Shown: positions 13,653 to 26,822, numbered from the stretch's first letter. The stretch is 64,000 nt of DNA from Octopus vulgaris (GCA_951406725.2 OX597818.1:95046001-95110000), one strand, 5' to 3'. Notes: a model not told the origin generated them from the sequence alone. A program made the numbers and translations.

Positions 13653-13944
13653 GATCACTTCAAAACTGTTTCTACGCCTCGTTCGTTTTGACAATGTAGT
13701 TTTTTAAGGAGAACGTTCAAAGCATTTTCATTGCCTCCCGCAAAACTTTAGCGAGTGCGCTTGCACCCGCTTGCATCCCCTGCTTCCAAGCCTATGCGAC
13801 CTGGCCTTTTAAAAATTTTGAAAATGTTTTACAGTTTTCAAGCTACAGAGTACCCTGGATCACATAATCCTACATGATCCGTGCCCTTTACTAAGAAACA
13901 CTGTAGATATCGTGTTGGTGGTGATTGTTTTTAACTTCTCTTAA

Positions 13945-14264
13945 AGATTCCGCCGGTTACGACGACGAGGGTCCCAGCTGATACGATCAACGGAACAGCT
14001 TGCTCGTGAAATTAACGTGCAAATGGCTGAGCATTCCACAGACACGTGTACCCTTAACGTAGTTCTCGGGGATAATCAGCGTGACACAGAGAGTGACAAG
14101 GCTGACCCTTTGAAATACAAGTACAACTCATTTTTGCCAGCTGAGTGGACTGGAGCAACGTGAAATAAAGTGTCTTGCTCAAGGACACAACGCGTCGCCG
14201 GGAATCGAACTCACAACCTTATGGTCATGAGCCGAATGCCCTAACCACTAAGCCACACGCCCTC
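13945..14264 (-). mobile_element. tRNA-derived SINE with CORE-like segment
   Basis: A box tggcttagtgg, B box gagttcgattccc, then tgtgtccttgagcaagacac. Flanking direct repeat TGTTTTTAACT at 13926-13936 and 14267-14277. Confidence 0.85.
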
Positions 14265-14304
14265 ACTGTTTTTAACTACCCCCACCTCTACACACACTTT
14301 AGGA

Positions 14305-14519
14305 CAGCGGTTCTTAACCATTTCTCACCTTTGCTTCCTGTTTGCTCTACTGGACTCTAATAAATATTATTCGATGTTTAAAAGTCCTATTATATTTTTG
14401 TAACCAAATATTATTAAAGAATTGTTAAAATATTTCGTGTATTGTAAGAAGTATAACCAACCTATTGCATATAAATTCTAACAGCAAAATATTAATTGGA
14501 GCTCGGTTGAGAACCTCTG
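14305..14519. mobile_element. hAT (Charlie-like) MITE
   Basis: TIRs cagcggttcttaacc / ggttgagaacctctg; 8-bp TSD CTTTAGGA / CTTTAGAA. Confidence 0.8.
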
Positions 14520-15029
14520 CTTTAGAAGTTTGTGCATGTGTGTTGGTGATGATGATGGTGGTGGTGGTAGTAGTAGTAGTAGTAGTTGCAGCAGTGGTGG
14601 TGGTGGTGTTGACGCTATTGTTTTTCAAGCTTCAGATCAATCGGTATGCATTAGTTCTTATCTATGATGAAAAGCATTCCAAGGCAATCCTTTGGTATTG
14701 GTTCCACAGCCTTCCCTTATGACACATTAAGAGGCTCGGCTGAAAAGGAGGGCGCATGACGTCGTCTCCCTCACACCGATACTCTGTAGACCAATACCGA
14801 AGGAACACCCATTCCAACCGCGACCGTACAGTCTCTTTAATTTGGACTTCATTATCCAATGTTGCCTTCCATTTTTAAGACAGGTCTGATTTGGTTGCTG
14901 TTCCTAGCACTTCAGACGACCCCGTAAAGGCTCATATAGTGATGGTGGTGGTGGTGGCGGTGGTCACAGTATTGTTAAGTGTTGACATGATAGTGACAGT
15001 GGAGAGTAATCTGGTAATTAGATGAGGTA

Positions 15030-15254
15030 ATTAAGGCAGCGAGCTGGCAGAAACGTTAGCACGCCGGGCGAAATGCGTAGCCGTATTTCGTCTGTCGTTA
15101 CGTTGTGAGTTTAAATTCCGCCGAGGTCGACTTTGCCTTTCATCCTTTTGGGATGAAAGGCAAAGTACCAGTTACGCACTGGGGTCGATGTAATCGACTT
15201 AATACCTATGTCTGTCCTCTCTATGTTTAGCCCCTTGTGGGTAATAAAGAAATA
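15030..15254 (+). mobile_element. tRNA-derived SINE with perfect 17-bp TSD
   Basis: GGTAATTAGATGAGGTA at 15013-15029 and 15255-15271; same family as 12333-12747. Confidence 0.9.
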
Positions 15255-15720
15255 GGTAATTAGATGAGGTATCTGTGGTGATGGCACTGATGTTAGGGGA
15301 CCTAATACTTATCCTTATTTTGGTGGTGATAGTAGTAGTAGCAGTAGTAGTGATGGTGGTGGTAATAATGTTCAGTGTACAATAACTGAAGGTAGAGAAG
15401 GGCCACTGCTTGTGTGTATGTGTATTATGTAGTAAAGGATGGGGTGTAGTGTTAGGAGGGAATAGTGGGGACATTTCCAGCTGTGTGTAGTTGGCGGGAG
15501 GTGGGTGAGAAAGAGAGAGAGACTGTATAAGGAAGGGAGAGGAGGGACAGGGCAACCACAGTGGTAAGGATAGTGGTATGTGTGTTATATTTATAACCTC
15601 TGTAGAAATAATCTGTGACCAGCTTCTTTCACTCACCCCACCTTTTATTGTCTTCTTTGTAGCCCTTTCTTTTCCTTTCTAACTTTCCCTCCTGCATGCT
15701 TCACTAGCTGACCTACCTTC

Positions 15721-15774
<54 letters not shown>

Positions 15775-15987
15775 CTATCTCTCACACCTACACACATAAT
15801 CAGGATATCTATTCTTTCAAATCTTCCACCCACTACATTCCTATCCTCTTTTATTTCACTTCCATTGTTTTATTGATTGTGTGTGTGTGTGTGTGTGTAT
15901 GTATATGTGTGGATTGATAGATATATCTCCTGCTTGTTACAGTCAATTGACTGCAGCCATGCTGGGTCACTGCCTTGAAGGGTTTAG

Positions 15988-16210
15988 TGACGGCGAGCTG
16001 GCAGAATCGTTAGCACGCCGGGCGAAATGCGTAGCTGTATTTCGTCTGCCGTTACGTTCTGAGTTCAAATTCCGCCGAGGTCGACTTTGCCTTTCATCCT
16101 TTCGGGGTCGATAAATTAAGTACCAGTTACGCACTGGGGTCGATGTAATCGACTTAATCCGTTTGTTTGTCCCCTCTATGTTTAGCCCCTTGTGATGAAA
16201 AAAAAAAAAA
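15988..16210 (+). mobile_element. SINE nested in an older opposite-strand SINE
   Basis: Family match to 15030 with an A tail; interrupts a copy of the 16500-type SINE 3' part (15935-16400). Confidence 0.8.
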
Positions 16211-16466
16211 TTGATCCTAGTACTTATTTTCTTAAGCCCTGTACCTATGCTATCGGCCTCTTTTTGCTGATAGCATAGGGGACATAAACAATCCAACACT
16301 GGTTGTTAAGCCACTGCTTAGGGGACAAACAGAAACATAAAGGTGCAAATAGATATGTACATATAATATATACGACAGGCTCCTCTCGGTTTCTGTCTAA
16401 CAAATCCTCTCAATGTTTTGGTCTATAGTAGAAGATGCAAACTTATACAGCCATGCTTGTATCTAT

Positions 16467-16499
<33 letters not shown>

Positions 16500-16942
16500 G
16501 GCGCAGGAGTGGCTGTGTGGTATGTAGCTTGTTTCCCAACCACATGTTTCTAGGTTCAATCCCACTGTGTGGCACCTTGGGCAAGTGTCTTCTACTATAG
16601 CCTCGGGTCAACCAAAGCCTTGTGAGTGGATTTGGTAGACGGAAACTGAAAGAAGCCCATCATATATATGTGTGTATATATATATTAAACAGCGGTGCAT
16701 CAGTATGGCCACAGCTCTGAGCTGAAACTAAAAAAAAGAAAAAAGATATATATATATATAATGTGTGTGTGTGTATATGTTTGTGTGTCTGTGTTTACAT
16801 CCCCGTAACTTAGCTGTTTGGCAAAAGAAACCGATATAAGTACTAGGCTTACAAAGAATAAGTCCTAGGGTTGATTTGCTTGACTAAAGGCAGTGCTCCA
16901 GCATGGCCGCAGTCAAATGACTGAAACAAATAGAGTAAAGAG
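16500..16942 (+). mobile_element. Full-length abundant SINE with internal microsatellite
   Basis: ggcgcaggagtggctgtgtgg head, B-box-like ggttcaatccc, accttgggcaagt CORE-like motif, (agagtaa)n tail. Many partial copies across the window. Confidence 0.85.
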
Positions 16943-18550
16943 TATATACATAAATCATCATCATAATTTAATGTAGGTCTTCCATGCTGGCATGTGCTAA
17001 CAGGAGCTGACAAGTCAGAGTACTGCACCAGGGTTCACTGTTTGTTTTGACATGTTTTTACAACTGGGTACTCTTCATAATGCTAACCACTTTACAGAGT
17101 GGATTGAATGCTTTTTATGGGGTACCAGCTTCAGTGAGGCCTGTTTGGCTTAGTTTTTATGACTGAATGCCCTTCCTAACACTAACCACTTAACAGAGTG
17201 AACTGTATGCCTTTCACATAGCACCAGCACCAACATGATACACATATACGTACATACATATGTATGTATAGGTATGGTGATGCAAACAGGAAAAATAGAA
17301 CTCAAAATATGAGTATATATTTTTGTTAATATTTGGCAGAAGCAACAGAGTGACTCAAGGGTTAAGAGTTTAATGTGCTATGTTTAAAAAGAGTTTGATT
17401 AGTACAAAATTCTGTTGCTTCTACAAAATATTAATGATATATATATGCTCACACACACATACACAGGCACACAGAACATTATGTGAGACTTCAACACATT
17501 TAAACATATATGGAGCAACAAACCGTATCCTCATCATAATTGAAAGCAACTATAATTTACCGGTTCTCTGCTTAAATAATCGATGACAAGGCTTTAGTTC
17601 CCTTCAGAGTATTATCTTGCTTTTCCTAAATGGCACTTGTAATGTTATGGCTAAATGGTACAAAACTTCTTCTAAAAGAGTCCATGTTTAAATTAAGACC
17701 TCTCATCATAATTTTTGTGTAAAAACATTTTTGTTAAGCTATGTTCCAAGCACATTCCTAATAATGACAGTTATTTTATTTGTTCTTCTAAAAAAATACC
17801 CTTTAAATTCTTGTTTTATTTTTGGAATTAATTGATGTTGGTGGGAGGCCAGGAAAAAGTTATGATGGTGTAAGTATCTCATGATAGACTTGTAAAAATT
17901 ATTTTGACCAAAACTGTTATTGTCTAAAAAAAAACAATTGTTTCTGTAATTTTTATAAAATCTAGTCTTTTTGAATGCAAAAGTTATTCCATAGGCATCT
18001 TGTCTTTTACTTGTTTCAGTCATTGGACTTCAGCCATCCTGGGGCACGATTTTTTAGTCAAACAAATCAACCCTAGTACTTATATTTTAAATCTTTTACT
18101 CAATCTGTTGGTCTGTTTTGCTGAACCATTGAATTATAAGGACATAGACAAGCCAACACTGATTGTCAAGTGGTAGAGAAGGACAAACACAACACAAAAA
18201 ATACAAATATACAAACACACAGATATATCTTTTCCATTCTTGGATTTCCATGTCCATGTATAGCTTATGTGTATATCGGAAGTATTCAGCCATGAGAGAG
18301 AGCAATGTTGTAAAATCCTGACCAGCAATATATTTTGATATTTCAAACTCACCAATGAGCATATTTAATTAATGTCCATCCCATGAAAATTGACGAAGAG
18401 GAAATAATCCTCTTCACTAACTCTCAGTGATAGGCAGCTCTTCATACCTGTAACACAGATGTGTATTGAGCACTTTGTGTTTTTGCATGTAAACGGAAGT
18501 TAATATATAAATATATTTTAAATGTTTGTGTATATATCTGTGCATGTGTG

Positions 18551-18590
<40 letters not shown>

Positions 18591-18756
18591 AGGCACAGGA
18601 GTGGCTGTGTGGTAAGTAGCTTGTTTACCAACCACATGGTTCTGGGTTCAGTCCCACTGCTTGGCACCTTGGGCAAGTGTTTTCTACTGTAGCCTCGGGC
18701 CGACCAAAGCCTTGTGAGTGGATTTGGTAGGCGGAAACTGAAAGAAGCTCGTCGTA

Positions 18757-18822
<66 letters not shown>

Positions 18823-19259
18823 CATATATGGTTACAGGATATCACAAAATGTAAACAACATGAATTATGAAGACATTGTGTATGTGAGTGAGAGAATCAA
18901 ATGGAAAACAGACCAAGTAACATAAAGAACAACCCTTCATCAGGTGTTGGCTGTCCATCTACTCCTTATTTCGAGCAATTAACATCATTTGTTTCAGTCT
19001 TCATTTGGGTATATGTGTGGATGTATGCTTGTCTGTTCATATAGCATATGTACCTATCCGTCTGTATGTCTATCTGTTTACTTTCATATCCATATGCCTA
19101 CATGCATGTGCATATACATACACTCACACACACACACACACACATACATACATACATACATCTATCTATCTATCTATCTACATAACATACCTGTATATGA
19201 ATATAAACTGTGGGTATGGGGATGTGATTATCTACTACATATATTTCCTCAACATTAAG

Positions 19260-19640
19260 ATTGTTGAAAAGTCAGGGAACTCCATCGGATCACCACTATA
19301 TAGGACATACCCCTTTGAGAATACCATAAGCACCATTGATAACTGTTTGGTAAGTAGGATTAGCCCTGGCATTAACTGTGGAATTAGAAATGTAGTTTAT
19401 AGTTTAATGTAGTTTAAGATGCATAGAAGGTGCTTGTAAACACATGAATATGACTTACATAGGAGAGACATATAGGAGCATTGCAGAAAGACTAAATGAA
19501 CATTTGAGACAATATTACAACAAAAAATAGTACTCCATACTCTACCAACATGGAGGCAACCTGGGTCAACTTGACACCTGCATTTTATCCAAGCACCTGA
19601 AGGACCCAACACTCAGACAAAGGAGTACGTCCTCATAAAT
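19260..19640 (+). mobile_element. Penelope-like GIY-YIG endonuclease remnant
   Basis: With one frameshift reads NVVYSLM/LRCIEGACKHMNMTYIGETYRSIAERLNEHLRQ, matching the VVY...C...YIGET.R....RL.EH GIY-YIG signature. Confidence 0.75.
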
Positions 19641-21442
19641 AAAACATCCCCGGTACTAAATAGGAAATATACATAGTATACTAGCTTAAGGTGACCCACT
19701 CTATGCGTGGGTGAGGGTGTGGTTGTTACTTTCTGTTGCTTCCTTTCTGTTTCTTATCGCCACATTCTCCCTCTTTGTTTTTCTCACCTTCCCACTCTCT
19801 TACTCTTCCTTTCTCTCGGACTCTCCCTCGCTTTCTCTTACTCTCTATCTTTATCTATCTCTCCCATTCATAAAAAAACAAACGATCTTGAGTAAGTTGA
19901 GAAAGAAAATATTTAGAAAGATCAATCATAAATATCAGGCAGTGACAACAGAAAACACACTTGCCTTTTGTATGTGTCACTATTTGAGCAATTAAAAATA
20001 AGGGAAAAAAAGGATTTCTTTGTTAAATTTAGTATTTATTTTGGGAATTTTTCGATGATTGACCATGCAAATGAAAGCTCTAAACACGGGTTACATGCAG
20101 CTGTAAATTTCTTTAAGAAAAAATGAAAACTGTAAACAATAAAAAATAAAAGGCAAAAATATGTAAAAATGAGGAATCTTTTCAACTTCAAAAATCTTAC
20201 CTTAATTTTCAAAATTTCAAACCCATTTTCCACGCTTAAATGACAAATCCACTTCCACTTTACCATGTTGAAAATTTGATTGAAATTGGGCAAAAGGTGT
20301 CCAATCTAGACACCCAAGTGTCCCCAAAAATCAATAAAATCCCCGTTTTCACACCAAAGCAACCACTGTAGCGCCCCAAAACGTCTTCCAATCAAGTTCT
20401 CACCTCAAGTTACCCCCTCCTGTAAATTTTAATCCCCTTCCAGCCCATTTAGACCTCTTTTTACATAAAAATCCAATTAAATAAAAATCAACGTTTGCCT
20501 TCTTCATTTTATAGATTAGATAACCACCTCTAGCCCCTGCAGCAACATGAAAAGCCACCATTATTCAAACAGTGCAACTTGTCTATTCCATAAAACTCAA
20601 TTTTCCCCATATTCCTCACCATGGCAACCAAATGGTAGCCCTGAGCGACTTACACCCCTCCTCACACCATTGCCCACTCCATTTTACCCTCCCAGTGTAA
20701 TTTTGGCGCCAATCCGACCCCATCTACTGCCCCTTAAACCGTTCCCATTCCAAAATGTGACAAACAACCAAGAAATCAAACAACTTTTTTGCATTTCAGC
20801 ATTATAGATATTGATGATGGAGGGGAGGAAGGAAAGAGAGAGATACGACAAACACTTGTCAAAGTCTGGATTTTGTTGTCCTAGAACCACAGCTTTTGAG
20901 ATAGGGGTTTCTAACCTAGTCCAGTCGCTTCCTCACCTCTTTTTACATGTCCCTGTAAATTTTGGCGCCAATCCGACCCCATCTACCACCCCTTAAACCG
21001 TTCCCATCCCAAAATGAGACAACTTTGGGGACGAATTGAACTCAGCTGGCACATGTGGAACCCCAGCTGAATTCAATTCATCCCCAGTCGAAAGACACCT
21101 GTTGTTATTATTTTTATTGTATTTTGTATTTATATTTGTGTAACATCGTCTGTTTTTCCGTCTTTGTTTTTGTATACATTTGATGCTTTCTTCTAAGGAA
21201 TCTAATGCTCTTATCTTAGTTTTTCCTTGGGGCTGGCCAGATCGGAGCAATCTCAAGATTAATCAGCCGAAATTGCAAGGATGATCTGGTTCTTGACTGA
21301 GGATAGAAAGCTTCAAATGACCTGTCCTTGTTTTTTTGTATCGTCTATCTGGATGGTTTTTTTTTTTTTTGGCCTTTTTTGTATCATCTAGTTGTCCGGA
21401 TGTTTTGCATTCTTGTCCCATTTTGTATTTTTTATATGTATA

Positions 21443-21826
21443 CTAGCAGTATCGCCCGGCGTTGCTCGGGTTTGTTTCAACCATCTGGAATTGGGATTTT
21501 TGAAAAGTAAAAATTTTGCGTTATGTAGCTTGTTATTGTGTTCAAGTGAACATTTTTCTGGTTGAAATACACCGAAAAGTGGCGACACAGCAGTGAAAAG
21601 ATGGTAAAAAAATAGGGATTTTCATAGAAAAAAGCAGCTTTTTGATGTAAATAATTTTTGGTGTCAACATGGTCCGATTTGAATTTTATCTTCTACGGAA
21701 AGAAGAGCAACTCTTCTTCTATCATACTCTCAATTTTGGTCAACTTGTGCCACAGGGTCTCGGAGGAGATAGTATTAGTTGAAGGCTACCAAACCTGGCG
21801 CACACAGATAACTTCAGCTTTATATA
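21443..21826 (-). mobile_element. Non-autonomous Helitron
   Basis: Minus strand ends with the hairpin CCCGAGCAACGCCGGG followed by CTAG then T; starts TATATAAAGCTGAAG. Confidence 0.65.
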
Positions 21827-21989
21827 ACACACACATTAATACACATACATACACACACACACACACACATGTATGTATGTATGGATGGATGGATGTATGT
21901 ATATATATACATCTGTCCACTTCTTGCCATATTTTTATCCTTCACTTCTTACACACACACACACCTTAGCTTACAATTTCTTTCTTACA

Positions 21990-22291
21990 ACAATTGACAA
22001 CTGAAGTACGCTCGCCAAGTAAATTAAAAACTAATTTACCTTTTCTGTTGAGTTATGGCAATTCTACCGTCGGTGTGTGTTTGCAAATGTGTTCGAATGA
22101 GAAAGTGAATTGAGTTTGGCGCCTTTTTTACTAATAACAAACACACACGTGTGTGTGTTTGAGTGTTTGTATGTAGTTATTTGAAACGTTTGTGTTTGTC
22201 ACTGTCATATATGTATATGTTTACGTGTGTATGTGTGTGAGGAATGGCAAACCAAGTAGATAGAGCGCAAAGTTCTTTTGAAGTTCGCGCT

Positions 22292-22332
<41 letters not shown>

Positions 22333-23004
22333 CTTTAGGTGTACGTAGGTATGTGTTTTTGTGTGTGTGTCACTGAAGCCATACATACATATATACATAC
22401 ATAACCTCTCTCTCTTCTTTTCTCTCTCAGTCACTCACTACAAAAAGTAAATAAAAAAAGTTCAGTTATCTCTGTCTTTCACACATACACACACAGCACA
22501 ACATTACACTCTCTGTCTCTTTACACACACTAACAAAAGCACTTCACTTACACACCACACTTTCTGTGTCGCACACCCCATCAAACACACACACACACAC
22601 TCACGCACGTTCACATGTACATCAATGCTTCCGATGCACACCAACTTCATAAGAACTTCCCGAAAAAAAAACGGAGGAAAGCATTTGAAATGAGAGAGGC
22701 AATTGTATATGTATATGTTTGTGTCTATGTGTGTGTACACTTGCAAAGAGAAAGTAGCAGAAAGTGTGGTAATAGTTTGAGTGAAGCAGTTGAAATTAGA
22801 GAGGCAAATCGTAAAATATTTACTTTTCTCGAATTTTTGCTTAATTGGGGGTCAAATTGAAAAAACTTTACATGCCATGACCCAATTGAATCTACTTGGA
22901 AAAATCATAGGTAAATTCCAATTGAAGAAATTCTATATTGTAGAATTGTATTAAAAAGAAACATGGGAACAGGCAGAGAAAATCTGCCTTTTATCATAAG
23001 AGAT
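21990..23004 (-). mobile_element. Helitron-like element, 5' part with internal microsatellites
   Basis: Minus strand starts A|TCTCTTATGATAAAAGGCAG, a TC start typical of non-autonomous Helitrons; no CTRR end seen. Confidence 0.4.
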
Positions 23005-23030
23005 ATAGCGGCGTACGTACACTTCGCTCT

Positions 23031-23085
<55 letters not shown>

Positions 23086-23202
23086 ATATTTTTTTATCCT
23101 TTTCTTTTTCTTGTATTGTTTTATTTGTTTCAGTCATTTGACTGTGGCCATTCTGGAGCACAACCTGTAGTCGAACAAATGCATTGAATGTTGATGAAGA
23201 TA

Positions 23203-24065
23203 TATTGGGTCATCCCATAAAAAAATGCTGTTTTTTTTAATACCTCTTTTAAGTATAGAAAGAAGTATAAAATGTACTGTCCTTCATTTTCTACAATGCT
23301 CTCCCATCTATCTGGTAGACTTGCAAGTACTCTCATCCAAATTTCGCTTGTTTCTGATGAAAATTTCTTCTCCAGTACTATTCTGACCTCATCTACAGAA
23401 TTCATATTTTTTCTGTCCCAATGAAAATCAGATGGAGCAATGTCGAGCAAATGTGGTGGGCAGGGTATCGTTTCCCATTCAAACTGCTCCAGTTTTTGGA
23501 GCGTCATCCTTGCTGTATGTGGCCAAGCATTATCCTAATGGAAGAACACCTTTTATCTTGAAACCAAAGATGGTTGTTTTTCTTTTAGTGCTGACTTAAG
23601 CCACTCAAGCTGCTCACAGTAGATCTCCTGTTATCATTTGGTTTGGATTTAAAAGTTCAAAGTGGACTAAACTTTTCATATCTCACCAAACGGATAACAT
23701 CACCTTGCATGGATAGAGACTTTCTTAAGCCTGAGGTGCTGGTGTTTCTTTTTTCTCTACCCAGTGATTTTAGTGTTTGCCCGTTTTTATAGGGAACCCA
23801 TTTCTTGTCAGTAGTCACTATTCAGTCCAAAAAGAGGTACATTTGTGAGATGTGACAGCAAAGAAGTGCACACATTCACCCTCTGTGTGCAATTAAACTC
23901 AGAATGTTTGTGAGGAACCCATTGACCCAATATTCTAACTATTCCGGTTGCATGCAGATGCCAATGAATGGTTGAATGACCAAATCCATGTTTTTCTGCT
24001 AGTCTACTCTGGTACATGTAATCCACAACCACCTGGAAACAACACTTCACAGATACGTAGATGCT
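23203..24065 (-). mobile_element. Decayed mariner transposon
   Basis: Frames contain LGQWVPH, RIVT.D.KW, a HDNA.PH-like segment and PPHLLDIAPSDFH (YSPDLAPSD equivalent); TIR-like end tattgggtcatcccataaaaaaatgc. Confidence 0.85.
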
Positions 24066-24947
24066 TAACATTTTGCTTGCAATCTTCTAAAATTAAACAA
24101 GTTGCTTTCATATTTCTACTTAATGTCAATTCTTAAAAACAATTTTATAAAATGTGGGTGCTAAGGCACAACCTTGTCTCAAACTATTTGTGACAGAAAA
24201 TAATAGAGATAGGCCTCCATTGCCCCTAACATCACTAGCATTCCATCATGAAAGTAGTAAGCCATACTCATTTACATGGATTGACAACCATAATTGGTTA
24301 GAATTTTCTACAAACTACCACAACACACTGTGTCAAAAGCTTTTGTAAGACCAACAGAGGCTATATACAAGGCATGATTCTCTCTATACACATCTGTTAG
24401 ATCTGGTTTATTGCAATGATCATAGCAGTGAAAGCCACATTGGTTTATCTGACAGGAGATAGTGATGGTTATTGAAGTAATTCAAGAGCTTTCTTGCCAA
24501 AATTTTAAGAATGTCTGTCACATTTTTTTTATACAGATGAATAATTGTTATATCCTTGTACACTTAGGGAATGATGCCTACTGATCACCTGAAAGAAAAC
24601 AGGTCAGTTTTTCAGCAAGTCTTTCACCACTTTGGGCACATATAAAAGTAGGAATTGAATCAGCCTCTGGTGCTTTATTAAAATAAAGTGACCTTATAGC
24701 TTCATTAATTTCAAAAGAGCTGGAAATTTCATCAAAAGCTGTGTTTATGGGAATTTGTATGATGCAACATTTGGACTGTCCAAAATAATGATTGGCCTCT
24801 TTCAATTATCATCAACTAATTTCATTTTCAATAAGATGCCAGCCAACAGCATCCACACTGGAGCTGAACCCCTAACCATGTGATGAAGTGAACTTCTTAA
24901 CCATGCATGTTTACTCATGGGCTTAGTTCAACAAGATACCTCTTTGA

Positions 24948-25040
24948 ATCACCTGAGGAGACACATCTACACCAAGGGATACACCCTATCCAGTTGTGTA
25001 GTATCCAACCCACAAGGGATTGGAAAACGATTGTAGTGAT
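24948..25040 (+). ncRNA. Degenerate hammerhead-like motif with long stem II
   Basis: aucac-CUGAGGA...GAAA-acgauug-UA-gugau. Stem I is a perfect 5 bp; stem III is near-palindromic with one extra A. Confidence 0.4.
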
Positions 25041-25083
25041 CAATTAAGGTTCTCGTATATTCCATCTTCCATCTCTCTTATTG

Positions 25084-25119
<36 letters not shown>

Positions 25120-25889
25120 GTATGTGTGTGTGTGTGGCGGTGGTAAGAAGTTTGCTTCCCAATCACATAGTTTTGGGCTGACCAAAGCTTTGTGTGTGAA
25201 GGAAACTGAAAGAAGCTCGTCGTATATATACATACATGTGTGTGTCCATGTTGGTACCCCGCCACCGCTGACAACCGGTGTTGATGTGTTTACGTCCCTG
25301 CAACTTATCAGTTCAGCAAAAGAGACCAATAGAATAAGTACCATGCTGAAAACGAAGATGAGTGTTGGGGGGTGGGGTCGATTATTTCGACTAAAATTCC
25401 TCAAGGCCGTGCTATAGCATGGCCGCAGTCTAATGACAAACAAGTAAAAGATATATAGAATAATTTGTGTTAATCGGGGCGTCAAATTTTGCCAAATGCT
25501 TACACACACACACAGCTATACTACGATCATTTTGTGATCATCTGACTTTAAAATCACACTTCGCTATCTAATGAGCCCTTTTTTTTCTTTTACACCACAT
25601 CATCCAATGTGTCCTTCCTGTGAGGGAGATTTGACTGCTATTTCTAGTAGATCGTAGTGGCTCACTTATTGGCTCGTGTGTTTGATGTTATTCGATAGGC
25701 TGTCTATAAGTGTTGAAGTGTACCTATCTGTGTATTTGCTTCAAAAAGCGTGGGAGTGAAAGATGTGGGGGAGGGCATTCAGTATTATCCTGTATTGTGT
25801 CGACACAGCTGCTGTAATGATGGTGGTGGTGGTGGTGGTGGTGGTAGTCCCAATTGAGTCTGTGTGTGTGGTGGGAGTGAGTCAGCTCA

Positions 25890-26130
25890 TTGAAGCCAGC
25901 CATTAAAAGAGATCACGCCACTTTTGCTGCCACGGCAACCAGATCTGCTGTTTTCTCTTGTTCACTATTGCACCTTGGTAACCACCCACTGCACCCCTCT
26001 CTTTCTCTCTCTCTCCCTCTCCCCCGGCTCACACCACTGTCTCTTTCCTCATTGTCGTTCCTTCTACTTTTCTGTACCACACGCGCGTACATACACCTCA
26101 CCTGTCTAGTATTTTCATTCCCCGCCCTGT
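25890..26130. promoter_or_regulatory. Candidate promoter/enhancer with two RFX X-box-like motifs
   Basis: Non-repeat, CpG-retaining segment with GCTGCCACGGCAAC (25926-25939) and GCACCTTGGTAAC (25970-25982), near matches to the X-box GTNRCC(n0-3)RGYAAC. Confidence 0.4.
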
Positions 26131-26332
26131 CTGTCTTTTTGTGTATCTCTCTTTTGTGACAGTATGTGTTTGTGTCAGTATGTCCATATACCATGTATCT
26201 CTCTCTCTCTCTCTCTCTCTCAACGATCTCCCCGCCTATATACGTATGTCTATCTAATACAGAAGAAAAAGGCTGTTTGCATGTCTGTCACTCTTTCTAT
26301 TTGTCTATCTGTTGGTCTCCCTGCTTGTCTGC

Positions 26333-26376
<44 letters not shown>

Positions 26377-26428
26377 GTCTGTCTGTCTGTCGTCTATTTC
26401 TGTCTATCTGCTTATCTATCTGTCTGTC

Positions 26429-26471
<43 letters not shown>

Positions 26472-26674
26472 CCTATCTATCTATCTGTCTGTCTGTCTGT
26501 CTTATCTATCTATCTATCTATCTGTCTGTCTGTCTTATCTGTCTGTCTCTCTTATCTATCTATCTGTCTGTCTGTCTGTCTGTCTTATCTATCTATCTAT
26601 CTATCTGTCTGTCTCTCTTTCTGTTTTTTTTTTGTCTCGGTCTTTCTGTCTATCTGCTTATCTATCTGTCTGTT

Positions 26675-26722
<48 letters not shown>

Positions 26723-26822
26723 GTCAAGTTTGTTAATCTGTTTTTGTCTGTATGTCCATCTATCCGTCTATTTATCTATGTATGTATGTATATATCTATC
26801 TATCTTTCTATCTAAGTCTATC
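26333..26822. repeat. Compound (TCTA)n/(TCTG)n microsatellite
   Basis: Directly visible; explains the low-complexity LSIY ORFs. Confidence 0.95.

Noticed and set aside
18925-18985. Minus-strand GAAA...CUGAUGA as a permuted hammerhead
   Set aside because: Stems I and III cannot be formed convincingly.
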